Shown: in pieces, positions 14,877-23,945 of the stretch
Position numbering within the stretch: the stretch's first letter is position 1
How the letters are laid out: every line of letters begins with the position of its first letter
Origin: Myxococcota bacterium
GTDB taxonomy: Bacteria; Myxococcota; JACRCW01
Length of the DNA stretch: 37,277 bases
Direction: 5' to 3'
Assembly (NCBI GenBank): GCA_040752415.1
Contig: JBFMGU010000092.1
Coordinates: 1-37,277 of the forward strand
Notes under the pieces: model-generated
The model's input: only the letters and a program-made list of their open reading frames with translations
The model's database searches: none
Told to the model about the DNA's origin: nothing
Made by a program: the position numbers and the translations under genes

Positions 14877-16574
14877 GTGTCCCCGACATCATCCGAGCAA
14901 ACCACCACCCCAGAGCTCGTCCGCGCCATGCACCGGGCGATGTGGATCTCCCTGGGCGCCACCGCGCTGCTCTGGCCGCTGGGTCTGGACGTGGACATCC
15001 AGGATCACGACGAGGCCACCTACGCGGAGATAGCGCGCGAGATGGTGGAGACCGGGGAATGGCGCGACCAGCCGTGCAACTACGGTCCGTGGTTCGGCCA
15101 TCCCATCCTGTCCATGTGGGTGATGGCGCTGGGCATGAAGCTGTTTGGCGCCACCGCGCTGGGCTCGCGCATTCCCGCCGCGTTCGAGGTGCTCCTCCTC
15201 GTCGGGGTGACGTACGTGCTGGGGCGGTGGCTGTGGGGTCGGGCGGAAGCGGCGGCGGGAGCGGCGTTGTGCGCGGCGCTGCCGGCCATGAGTCTCATGG
15301 GCCACAACGTGAAGACCGACCTGAATCTGATGGTGGCCACCAGCGGCGCCATCATGCTCGGGGCGCGTGCGTTGGATCGTCCCTGGCTGTGGGTTCCCAC
15401 CGGCATCTGTGCGGGGCTGGGCATGCTCACCAAGGGTCCGTTCGGGCTGGCCATGCCGGGCGCGGTGGTGCTGGCCACGTTGGCCTGGGAGAGGCGCTGG
15501 CGCGACCTGGGACGTGGCTGGCCGTGGATCATCGCGGGCCTCATTGCGTTCGTGGCCACGTTCCTGCCGTGGAACCTGTTCATGTGGAACCGCTGGGGCC
15601 CGCCGTGGTTCGACTCGCTGTACATGGACAGCACGGTGCGTCGCTTTGCCGGCACCAACTCCTCCGACGGGACCACGCCGCTCTACTTCCTGCACACGCT
15701 GCTCTGGGCCGCGGCGCCGGCGGTGCCCACCGCGTTGCTCGCGCTCATGACCCGTCTCCGGGAGCTGCGCGGTCATCTCACGCGTCCGCCGTGGCCGGTG
15801 CTGGACCTGACGTGGTTCTTCATTCCGCTCGTCGTGATGTCGCTGAGCAGCATGAAGCTGCCGCACTACATCTTCCCGGTGATTCCCGCGCTGTGCGCCA
15901 TGGCGGGACGCGGCGCCGTCGAGCTGTTCGCCGGGAGGACCTCGCCCCGGGCGGAGCTCGCGGTGCGCGTGGGCACGGTGTTCATCTCCGCCATGCTGGT
16001 GCTCTTTGCGCTGGCCATGATCACCTTCACCTTCCCGCCGCCAGAGGGCGTGGGGCTCTTGGTGCTGTTCCTCGTCGGAGCGACGGTGGTGGTGGTGCTC
16101 CTGGTGCGCGCGTGGCGCCGTGAGCCCACCGCGATGATCGCGTCCATCTGCGTGGCGGCGGCATTGGCCATGGGTCTGCACAACGGTGCCGCGCGGCCGG
16201 AGCTGTCCCGTTATTCCCCCGCGCGCATGGTGGCCCAGGTCCTCGACGAGGATCAGGCGCCGCGCCAGCGCGGGACCACGGTGCTGACGTTCACCGAGAT
16301 CTGGCGCATGGCCATCCCCTTCTACGCGCACATGCGCTTGGAGGAGACCGACCTGGGGCGCATCCAGCGTGAAGCGGGGGCCAAGCCCATCTACGTGCTG
16401 GTGAACCTGGACAACCTCAGGGAGCTGCACGCCAACGGGTTTGCCACGCGCACGCGCGGATTCGCGTTCAGCTACAAGACCAGCCGGCTGAGCATCCCGT
16501 TCTCCCTGGTGGGCAACCGCGAGGACATGGCCACGCCGCTGCTGCTGGTGCAGGTGTGGCGTCGGGAAGCGTGA
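14877..16574 (+). CDS. ArnT/PMT-like membrane glycosyltransferase (GT83/GT39, GT-C)
   Basis: DEATYAEIAREMVETGEW, HPILSMW, LTKGPFG and KLPHYIFP motifs. The start is uncertain (GTG 14877 or ATG 14928); the rest of ORF 11979-16574 is antisense shadow. Confidence 0.85.
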   Translation: MSPTSSEQTTTPELVRAMHRAMWISLGATALLWPLGLDVDIQDHDEATYAEIAREMVETGEWRDQPCNYGPWFGHPILSMWVMALGMKLFGATALGSRIPAAFEVLLLVGVTYVLGRWLWGRAEAAAGAALCAALPAMSLMGHNVKTDLNLMVATSGAIMLGARALDRPWLWVPTGICAGLGMLTKGPFGLAMPGAVVLATLAWERRWRDLGRGWPWIIAGLIAFVATFLPWNLFMWNRWGPPWFDSLYMDSTVRRFAGTNSSDGTTPLYFLHTLLWAAAPAVPTALLALMTRLRELRGHLTRPPWPVLDLTWFFIPLVVMSLSSMKLPHYIFPVIPALCAMAGRGAVELFAGRTSPRAELAVRVGTVFISAMLVLFALAMITFTFPPPEGVGLLVLFLVGATVVVVLLVRAWRREPTAMIASICVAAALAMGLHNGAARPELSRYSPARMVAQVLDEDQAPRQRGTTVLTFTEIWRMAIPFYAHMRLEETDLGRIQREAGAKPIYVLVNLDNLRELHANGFATRTRGFAFSYKTSRLSIPFSLVGNREDMATPLLLVQVWRREA

Positions 16575-16622
16575 CCCATCACGCAACAACCGCGGCGCGT
16601 CAGGGATCTTCAGTGGGAGGGG

Positions 16623-16674
16623 AGGGAGGCGGCAGGACCGACGCGAGAGTGGCGCCGGTCCCGCCGCATTCCCT
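16623..16674. terminator. GC-rich hairpin between convergent genes
   Basis: AGGGA-GGCGG-CAGGACCG pairs imperfectly with CGGTCC-CGCCG-CATTCCCT. There is no U-tract. Confidence 0.4.
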
Positions 16675-16677
16675 GGG

Positions 16678-19600
16678 TTACTGGAGGCAGATGCCCAGGG
16701 TCCAGGCGTTCAGCGTGCCCGTGTCACCGCCGGCGTCGTCGGCGATCGACAGTGTCCAGTTGCCGGTGATGGTCTGACCCACCAGACCCGCCAGCGGGAC
16801 CTCCGGGGAGAAGCAGCCGCTGAAGGGAGCCGTCCCCCCGGTGACCGCCGGGCAACCATCCTGGAACACGGTGCCAAGGTAGTTGTCGCCGCTACCGCCA
16901 TTGTCGGAGGAGATGTTCAGCGACGTGCCTGCCGGCGAGATGAGGGAGATGTCCAGGTCCGCGTCGTACGTGTGGCGCAGGTCCTCCAGGATCAGCACCA
17001 CCTTGGCCGCGGACCCGGTATCCGCCACGCTGATGACGCTCGTGACAGTCGCGTTGTCCGAGATGGCCCTGGGCAGATTCGTTGCCGCCACGCGCAGGCG
17101 GGTCTGCCCCGCGTCGCAGCTCACACGCTCGTCCACGCACAGAGACGAGCATCCATCCCCATCCACGGCGTTGTTGTCGTCGCATTCCTCCCAGGCCCTC
17201 CGGATCCCGTTGCCACACTCGCCCGGCTCGATCTGGCAGGCTGAGCTGCATCCATCACCGTCGTTCCGGTTGTTGTCGTCGCACTGTTCCGGGCCTTCGG
17301 TGATGCCGTTGCCGCACACGTTCAGCTCGATTTGACACGTGGAGCTGCACCCGTCGCCGTCCACGCCGTTGTTGTCGTCGCACTCCTCGCCCACCTCCAC
17401 CACGCCATTGGGGCAGGCCGGAGCCGTCACGCAGAGGGCAAGCGTCCAGGCATCAAGCGTTCCCACGTCCTGGCCGGCGTCGTCGCTGACCAGGAGGCTC
17501 CAGTTGCCGTTGGGGTCCTGGCCCGCCAGGCTGCCCAGCGCAACCTCCGGCCCGTAGCAGCCGGTGAACGGCGCCGACGTCGCCCCCAGGCCCGCAATCG
17601 CCGGGCAACCGTCGCTGAACATGGTGCTCGTGTAGTTCTCACCGGAGCCGCCGTTGTCCGAGGACAGATCCACGCTCGTTCCCGTGGGCGACACCAGGGA
17701 GATGTCCAGGTCCGCGTCAAAGGTGTGCGTGATGCTGTCAATGACCACCACCACCTTCCGGATGGAGGTCGGCGCACCGCTGACGCCAATGATGCTGGGC
17801 GTACCCGCCGCGTTGTCGGGGATGGCAATCGGGACGTCGGTGGCGGAGAGCCGGACCAGCGTCTCTCCGGCGTTGCAGGTCACCAGGCAGGCCGCGTCGC
17901 CGTTGCATTGCGGGTCGTCGCAGTCCACCAGGCTGTTGCCGTTGTCGTCGGAGCCGTTGGTGCAGTCCTCCGCGCACACCGGGCGACCGGTGCACAGCGG
18001 GTCATTGCAGTCCGCCAGCGTGTCACCGTTGTCGTCGGTGCCGTTGGTGCAGTCCTCGGCGCAGGCGGCGTCGCCCGTGCACAACGGGTCACCGCAGTCC
18101 ACCAGCGTGTCACCGTTGTCGTCGGTGTTGTTGTCGCAGTCCTCGAAGCAGGCCGGGTCGCTGTCGCACAGCGGGTCCTGGCAGTCCACCAACGTGTCGC
18201 CGTTGTCGTCGTTACCGTTGGTGCAGTCCTCGCCCACGCGCAGGTTCAGCGTGTAGGCGCCCTCGGCTCCGGAGCCAAACCCGTCCACGAAGATGAGCAG
18301 CGGCGTACCCGCCGTCACGGCCAACGTCATGGACTCGCCATCACTCGCAAAGCCGTCGTCCGCACAGACCTCGGCGGCGGCATCCAGGCAGGAACCGCGC
18401 ACGTACAGAACGTGGTCCACGCCCGGGGGCGCGCTGTTGTCCGTCAAGGTGATCACCAGCAGACCGTCCGCCGTCGGGGTGTAGGTCCAGAGGTCCTCAC
18501 CCGCGTTGGACTGGAAGCAGGCGCCGGCCGTCCCGTCAAAGAGATCCGTGGCACCGGTGTTGTTGCCTGCGTTGTCGCCCAGGACAGCAGGGAACGCACC
18601 ATCGCACTTGTCCAAGCTGGCGCACTGCGCGGTGGCGGAACACTGCGGGTCATCGCAATCCACCAGCGTGTCGCGGTTGTCGTCGGTGCCGTTGGTGCAG
18701 TCCTCCACGCAGGCCGCCGTCCCGTCACACTGCGGGTCGGCGCAGTCCACCAGCGTGTCACCGTTGTCGTCGCTGCCGTTGGTGCAGTCCTCCACGCAGG
18801 CGGGATCACCGGTACAGGTCGGGTCGGCGCAATCCACCAGCGTGTCGCCGTTGTCGTCGGAGCCGTTGCTGCAGTCCTCGGCGCAGGCCACATCGCCCGC
18901 GCACGTCGGGTCGGCACAGTCCACCAGGGTGTCGCCGTTGTCGTCGCTGCCGTTGGCGCAGTCCTCCAATGGCTCGAAGTCCAGGGTGAACGCGCCGGCG
19001 TCCAGCGCGCTGTACCCATCCACGAACACCGCCAGCGGCACCCCGGCCTCCGCGGAAACCGTCACCACCTCGAGGTCCGACGCCGGCCAGCTATCCTCAC
19101 AGGCAATCTGGGTGCTGCTGTCGTCACAGGTGGTGCGGACATAGAGGCCCAGGTCCGCCACGTCATCCGTGGAGTCCAGCGTGATGCGGAGCTGGCCGGT
19201 GTACAGCGGCGTGTAGATCACCACCTGCTCGCGCGCGGCGGAGCCCACGCAGCTGCCTGCAAACACGTTGTCCTGGCTGCTGGCGCCGTCGGTGTCACCC
19301 GGGAAGGGATTCGTATCCACGGCGTCCGCGGCGTTGCACGCATCCTGCGGGGTCACGCCACCGGAGGACGACGAGGAGCTGGAGGAGGATGAAGAGCTGG
19401 ACGACGAGGACGAGGAGCTCGAGGAAGACGAGGACGAGCTGGAGGATGAAGAGGAAGATGAAGAGGAAGAGCTCGACGACGAAGCCGCGCTCGACGAGGA
19501 GCCAACGGTGCCCGAGGAGGACCCGCTGACATCCCCGGAGCTGGAGCCGCCCGAAGAGCTGGACCCGATCCCGCCCGACGACGTGCCCGAGGTGTCGCCC

Positions 19601-20046
19601 GAGCTGCTGGAAGTACCCGTGGAGCTGGACTCGCCGGAGCTGCTGGACGCACCGGACGTGCTGGTCTCCCCCGAGCTGGAGGAGGAACCGCTCACGCTTC
19701 CGCTGCTGCTGGTCTCACCGGTGGTGGACGAGGAGGGGTTGCCCGAGGAACTGGTGGCGGACGCCGTTCCGCTGCTGGAAGAAGCCTGGCCCGACGACGA
19801 GCTGGCCTGCCCCGACGAGCTGGCCTCTCCCGACGACGAGCTGGCCTCTCCCGACGACGAGCTGGCCTGCCCCGACGAGGAGCTGGCGCCGCCGGAGGAC
19901 GACTCCGAGCTGATGGCCCCACTGCTCGACGAGCTTTCCGACGTGGAACCGCTCGAGGTGGAACCGGATGACTCCCCCGTGGTGGTACACGCCACGCTGG
20001 CAAGACCCAGCGTGACCCCCAACAAACTCAATCTCCATGTGCGCAT
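16678..20046 (-). CDS. Large surface lipoprotein: poly-Ser linker, two PPC-like domains, eight 29-aa Cys/Asp repeats, two proprotein-convertase P-domains and three Myxococcus Cys-rich repeats
   Basis: Signal MRTWRLSLLGVTLGLASVAC with GGAGGAG RBS. EDCxNGxDDNGDTLVDCxDP occurs 8 times (87-bp period). HT(F/Y)DADLDISL.SP.GT...GNW.L...D...D.GTL.AW.L occurs twice. Confidence 0.85.
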   Translation of the reverse strand: MRTWRLSLLGVTLGLASVACTTTGESSGSTSSGSTSESSSSSGAISSESSSGGASSSSGQASSSSGEASSSSGEASSSGQASSSSGQASSSSGTASATSSSGNPSSSTTGETSSSGSVSGSSSSSGETSTSGASSSSGESSSTGTSSSSGDTSGTSSGGIGSSSSGGSSSGDVSGSSSGTVGSSSSAASSSSSSSSSSSSSSSSSSSSSSSSSSSSSSSSSSSSSSSSGGVTPQDACNAADAVDTNPFPGDTDGASSQDNVFAGSCVGSAAREQVVIYTPLYTGQLRITLDSTDDVADLGLYVRTTCDDSSTQIACEDSWPASDLEVVTVSAEAGVPLAVFVDGYSALDAGAFTLDFEPLEDCANGSDDNGDTLVDCADPTCAGDVACAEDCSNGSDDNGDTLVDCADPTCTGDPACVEDCTNGSDDNGDTLVDCADPQCDGTAACVEDCTNGTDDNRDTLVDCDDPQCSATAQCASLDKCDGAFPAVLGDNAGNNTGATDLFDGTAGACFQSNAGEDLWTYTPTADGLLVITLTDNSAPPGVDHVLYVRGSCLDAAAEVCADDGFASDGESMTLAVTAGTPLLIFVDGFGSGAEGAYTLNLRVGEDCTNGNDDNGDTLVDCQDPLCDSDPACFEDCDNNTDDNGDTLVDCGDPLCTGDAACAEDCTNGTDDNGDTLADCNDPLCTGRPVCAEDCTNGSDDNGNSLVDCDDPQCNGDAACLVTCNAGETLVRLSATDVPIAIPDNAAGTPSIIGVSGAPTSIRKVVVVIDSITHTFDADLDISLVSPTGTSVDLSSDNGGSGENYTSTMFSDGCPAIAGLGATSAPFTGCYGPEVALGSLAGQDPNGNWSLLVSDDAGQDVGTLDAWTLALCVTAPACPNGVVEVGEECDDNNGVDGDGCSSTCQIELNVCGNGITEGPEQCDDNNRNDGDGCSSACQIEPGECGNGIRRAWEECDDNNAVDGDGCSSLCVDERVSCDAGQTRLRVAATNLPRAISDNATVTSVISVADTGSAAKVVLILEDLRHTYDADLDISLISPAGTSLNISSDNGGSGDNYLGTVFQDGCPAVTGGTAPFSGCFSPEVPLAGLVGQTITGNWTLSIADDAGGDTGTLNAWTLGICLQ
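19365..19975 (-). repeat. Ser/Gly-rich low-complexity linker with a long poly-Ser run
   Basis: Translation shows SSSSG(Q/E)A repeats and a run of about 40 consecutive Ser. Confidence 0.9.
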
Positions 20047-20272
20047 ATGCGACTCTCCTCCTGGGATGAACCTCAACCATTGGGTAGTGGCGGATCGCTT
20101 GTCAATGAGGCTTTTCGCCACTTCTCCGCGTCCGGACGCGGCCGACAGCAGCGTTCACGGGCGCCATCCGCGTTCCGTCCGTGATCCGGAAACCCACATT
20201 CAATCGGCGCGCCACCACGTTGATGGTTGTGCTCGGGCCTCCGTAGCATCGGGGTGGAACCTGGGAGGTCCC

Positions 20273-21529
20273 ATGGCGGTGCACGCGGAAGATCAGCTCT
20301 CGGAGCTGCGACCCTCGACGGAAATCATCGCTCCCGAGGCCCTGGGCGGGATGCCCGCCATTCCCATGCGGGAGCTGGCCGGTGCGGTGGTGCGGGTGTT
20401 GGAGCGCAGCGCGCAGCAGCGGTTGCTCATCCAGGACAAGAGCGCGCCCCCCACCCCGTGCCACCTGGCCTGCGACCTCGGCGTGGCGTCGGTGCCCAAC
20501 CTGCTGGCGTTGGTGAAAGGCGGCAAGCACACCGGCGCGCTGGTGGTGGTGGACGGCAAGGGTGAGCGAGCGCTGTTCTTCGAGCACGGAGACTTGACCG
20601 GCAGCGCCAGCACGCACCGCGCGGACCGCCTGGGTGAGGTGCTCTGGCGCGCGGGCATCATCTCGCTGGACCAGCTCATCATCGCCGGGCACCACCTGGG
20701 TCCGGGCGTGCGGCTGGGCCGCTGTCTGGTCGAGCTGGGGTACCTGAATCCCGCCTTGCTCTACCAGAGCCTCATCCGTCAGGTGCTCGCGGTGACCCAG
20801 GAGGCGTGCCTGGTGGACATGGGTCGCGCGGCATTCGTGGGCGGCATCATGCTGCGGAACCCGCTCAAGCTGGGGGAGGAGGCCCACAAGGTGGTGCGCG
20901 ACGCCTGGCAGCTGGCCATGGAGTGCCGCTCCCTGGAGCGCGCATTGGAGCCGCTGGACGAGGAGGTGCGCCCCGACTTCATGGTTCCACCCGGGACGCT
21001 GACGGAGCACGAGGCCGCCATCTGGCAGCTGGCCGCGGCTTCCCGTCCTCCGCTGACCCGCGCGCAGCTCCTGGAGCGGGTGGAGCTGGGGCGCCTTGAA
21101 GGACTGCGCGCGCTCAGCCGCCTGTTGCGCGACGGTCTGCTGCGCACCGCCGAGACCGACGTGGGCTCGGTCTCCACCGTGCCTGCGCCAACGGCGGACC
21201 CGCGCCTCACGCGCCTGTGCAACGCGCTGAACGTGGTGATGGGGGAGCTGAACCAGGCCGGATTCGGCACGGCCACGGGAGTGATGGAGTTTGCCGCGTG
21301 CCTGCCCGTGCCGCAGCGTCGGGCGCTGGCCCTGCTGGCGTTGTCCAGCACCGGCGTGGATGCGCGGTGCGCGCGTGCCGCGGTGAAGCAGGGTCTCACC
21401 ACCGAGCAGGTGCTCGAGGAGGCGGTGGGCGTGGTGCTGGACTTCGCGCTCTTCGAGGTGCGCGACACCCTCGACGACGAGCGCGCCGCCCGGATCCTCG
21501 AGCAGGTCCGCGGATTGGGTCTGGGTTAG
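20273..21529 (+). CDS. DUF4388-domain protein with tandem MshEN-like motifs
   Basis: GGAGG RBS before ATG 20273; LLALV...HTGALVV...LFFEHG (DUF4388 pattern); RLGEVLWRAGII and RLGRCLVELGYL. Confidence 0.75.
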   Translation: MAVHAEDQLSELRPSTEIIAPEALGGMPAIPMRELAGAVVRVLERSAQQRLLIQDKSAPPTPCHLACDLGVASVPNLLALVKGGKHTGALVVVDGKGERALFFEHGDLTGSASTHRADRLGEVLWRAGIISLDQLIIAGHHLGPGVRLGRCLVELGYLNPALLYQSLIRQVLAVTQEACLVDMGRAAFVGGIMLRNPLKLGEEAHKVVRDAWQLAMECRSLERALEPLDEEVRPDFMVPPGTLTEHEAAIWQLAAASRPPLTRAQLLERVELGRLEGLRALSRLLRDGLLRTAETDVGSVSTVPAPTADPRLTRLCNALNVVMGELNQAGFGTATGVMEFAACLPVPQRRALALLALSSTGVDARCARAAVKQGLTTEQVLEEAVGVVLDFALFEVRDTLDDERAARILEQVRGLGLG

Positions 21530-21545
21530 CGCGTCTTAGTCCGGC

Positions 21546-21619
21546 GCGGACCGCGGGCGGCGTCCCACGCACACGGTTCACAGTCCGCATGCGCTTCCGG
21601 ACGCCACCCGCGGGTCCGC
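21546..21619. terminator. Hairpin between the convergent DUF4388 and tuf-paralog genes
   Basis: GCGGACCGCGGGCGGCGTCC pairs near-perfectly with GGACGCCACCCGCGGGTCCGC. Confidence 0.5.
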
Positions 21620-21634
21620 ATGACCTTCACCGGG

Positions 21635-22822
21635 CTACCGGTGGATGGCCGTCACAATGCCTGCTCCAATGGTGCGTCCACCTTCCCGCATGGCGAAACG
21701 CATCCCAACCTCGAAGCCCACCATGCGCCGCAGCTCGAACACGACGCGACGGCGCTCACCCGGCATCACCGGCGCGGCCACGCCCTCCACCAGCGGCACC
21801 TCGATCATTCCCGTGACGTCGGTGGCGCCAAAGAAGAACTGCGGCGTGTAGCCGGTGGAGAACGGCGTGTTGCGACCGCCCTCCTCCGCCGTGAGGACGA
21901 AGATGTCCGCCTCACCGCGGTCGTGCGGGGCAATGGAGCCCGGCGCCGCAAGGGTGACACCACGCTCCACCTCCTCGCGGTCCACGCCGCGCAACAGCAG
22001 GCCCACGTTCTCACCCGCCTGGGCCTGCGCCTGGTCGCGGTGGAACGCCTGGATCCCGGTGACCACGGCGGTGCGTCGCGCGGCGCCCTGACGGCTCCCC
22101 ACGATCTCCACGGTGGCGCCGGTCTGCAGCGTGCCCCGCACCACCCGCCCGGTGACGACGGTGCCGCGGCCGGAGATGGTGAACACGTCCTCCACCGGCA
22201 TCATGAAGGACCCGGTGAGGTCCCGCACCGGCTCGGGAATGCGCGTGTCCAATGCCTCCACCAGCGCACGGATGCAGTCCGCGTCCGCGCCCATGGCGTT
22301 GCCACTCTGCGCCGCCTGGAGCGCCTTGAGCGCGCTGCCGCGGATCACCGGCGCGTTCGCGTAGCCGTGCTTCTGCAGCATCTCCATCACCTCCATCTCC
22401 ACCAGCTCCACGAAGTCCGGGTCCGCCAGGTCCACCTTGTTGATGAACACCACCACGTGCGCCACGCCCACCTGCCGCGCCAACAGGATGTGCTCACGCG
22501 TCTGCGGGCCCGCGCCGGTGCTGCCGTCCACCAGCAGGATGGCGCCGTCCATCTGGCTGGCGCCGGTGATCATGTTCTTCACGTAGTCCGCGTGCCCCGG
22601 GCAGTCGATGTGCGCGTAGTGACGACGTGCACTCTCGTACTCCACGTGCGTCACGTTGATGGTGATGCCGCGGGCGCGCTCCTCCGGCGCGTTGTCAATC
22701 TCGTCAAAGGCCTTGGCCTTGCCACCGTGCATGGCAGCCATCACCTGCGTCAGCGCGGCGGTCAGCGTGGTCTTGCCGTGGTCAACGTGACCAATGGTTC
22801 CAACATTCACGTGCGTCTTCAC
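21635..22822 (-). CDS. tuf: Elongation factor Tu, divergent stand-alone paralog (EF-Tu3-like)
   Basis: [44 protein letters not shown] and REGGRT are all present. GTG start with AAGGAG RBS. It lacks the usual N-terminal residues and has no fus/rps/tRNA neighbours. Confidence 0.95.
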   Translation of the reverse strand: MKTHVNVGTIGHVDHGKTTLTAALTQVMAAMHGGKAKAFDEIDNAPEERARGITINVTHVEYESARRHYAHIDCPGHADYVKNMITGASQMDGAILLVDGSTGAGPQTREHILLARQVGVAHVVVFINKVDLADPDFVELVEMEVMEMLQKHGYANAPVIRGSALKALQAAQSGNAMGADADCIRALVEALDTRIPEPVRDLTGSFMMPVEDVFTISGRGTVVTGRVVRGTLQTGATVEIVGSRQGAARRTAVVTGIQAFHRDQAQAQAGENVGLLLRGVDREEVERGVTLAAPGSIAPHDRGEADIFVLTAEEGGRNTPFSTGYTPQFFFGATDVTGMIEVPLVEGVAAPVMPGERRRVVFELRRMVGFEVGMRFAMREGGRTIGAGIVTAIHR

Positions 22823-22871
22823 CGTCTTCTCCTTGTGGTGAGCCCCTTCGGGCTCGGGTGGTGGCGGGCGG

Positions 22872-22914
22872 AAAAACGAAAAAACCCCCTCGTGGCGCTG
22901 GCCAGAGGGGGTTT
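22872..22914 (-). terminator. Intrinsic terminator (attenuator) upstream of the tuf paralog
   Basis: Minus strand AAACCCCCTC-TGGC-CAGC-GCCA-C-GAGGGGGTTT followed by TTTCGTTTTT: a GC stem plus U-tract about 50 nt before the start codon. Confidence 0.85.
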
Positions 22915-22943
22915 GACGAGTCCGATCCGCGATGTTCAGGGAT

Positions 22944-23039
22944 TCAGTCGTCCGCCTCCGGCGCGCACGCAACCATGCCCGAGTCCGACGAGAGCGGACC
23001 CGACACGGGCGAGAGCGACGAAAGCGAGCGGCGGAACAT
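22944..23039 (-). CDS. Putative leaderless leader peptide (uORF) [31 protein letters not shown]
   Basis: 32 codons from ATG to TGA, with the ATG 7 nt after the -10 box. All 8 Ser codons are TCG. The stop lies ~30 nt before the terminator stem. It is below the ORF-track length cutoff. Confidence 0.65.
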   Translation of the reverse strand: MFRRSLSSLSPVSGPLSSDSGMVACAPEADD

Positions 23040-23046
23040 GCCGCGT

Positions 23047-23075
23047 GTTTTAGGGAGGCGGTTGCCGACTGTCAA
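23047..23075 (-). promoter_or_regulatory. Sigma70-type promoter for the uORF/tuf transcript
   Basis: Minus strand TTGACA (23075-23070), 17-nt spacer, TAAAAC (23052-23047). Confidence 0.7.
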
Positions 23076-23423
23076 GAACGAATCGGGACGAAGCGCACCC
23101 TACATCCGTGGGAAGGGATGCGCGCTTGTCAGGGAATGAGGAGGAACCACAAGGACTTGCTCCCGCTCATGCCGCAAATGCTGGAAGGCGCGGAACTGCT
23201 CCTGGGCTGAAGGTGATCTGCGCGTCCTGCGCCCCGCCGGGCCGCGGCGCCTGGGCGCCCTGGAAGACCGTGGCCATGTACTGCGCGCTGGCCGGGTCCA
23301 CCTTGTTCATCATGACGCTGGTGAGCTGGCATCAGGGGGCTGGGGTCCACGGTGTTGCCCTCGGCAGTTGTGCGGCGCGCGCGGAGAGGTGAATCTCCGA
23401 CGAGGGATTCCTTTGGAGGGGTC

Positions 23424-23885
23424 ATGGAGGAAGTGGAGCAGCTGTGGTCCGACTCCGGCAACACGGTGGTGCGCTGGCGCAGCGTGATGGTCCAGGTGCG
23501 TCGTGGCGCGCTGAGCATGGAGGGCGTGGAGGGGATTGGACGGGCGGCACAAGCGGCGCGGGCGGCCATGTCCGGCAAGATGGGCGCATTGCTCATCCTG
23601 GAGACCACGGCGGAGGTTCCCACGCCGGACGTGCGTGACCGTCAGCGTGACGTCCTCAAATCCCTCATGGCCGACGAGCGCCTCCACATCTCCTCGGCGG
23701 TGCTCGGCGAGGGCATCGCGGCGTCCATGCGTCGCACCGTGGTGCGCGCCATCATCACGGGCAATCCGCGGGTGAAGGTCTTCTCCTCCGTCGACGACGC
23801 CGTGAAGCACCTGGCCGGCACCCTCGGCCTGCCCGCGGCGGAGCTGGGCGTGGTGGCGGAGAAGGTACGCGCGGGTTCACGGTGA
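23424..23885 (+). CDS. Hypothetical protein, STAS/SEC14-like small myxobacterial family
   Basis: GGAGGG RBS and typical codon usage; pattern PTPDVR...GEGIAASMRRTVV...KVFSSVDDAV. Confidence 0.65.
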   Translation: MEEVEQLWSDSGNTVVRWRSVMVQVRRGALSMEGVEGIGRAAQAARAAMSGKMGALLILETTAEVPTPDVRDRQRDVLKSLMADERLHISSAVLGEGIAASMRRTVVRAIITGNPRVKVFSSVDDAVKHLAGTLGLPAAELGVVAEKVRAGSR

Positions 23886-23945
23886 GAAGCCGCGGCGTCA
23901 CGCCGGCACGGGCACCCTGGCCTCCTCGCAGGCGAACGGACGAAG

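Noticed and set aside
19268..20272. Acidic Glu/Asp-rich N-terminal extension on the DUF4388 ORF (753 aa)
   Set aside because: It is the antisense reading of the poly-Ser linker. A good RBS and ATG exist at 20273.
21635..22822. SelB or another specialised translational GTPase
   Set aside because: There is no C-terminal extension and the sequence is colinear with EF-Tu throughout.
23108..23392. 94-aa ORF with a hydrophobic stretch
   Set aside because: No recognisable motif or convincing start. It may be a gene remnant but cannot be supported.
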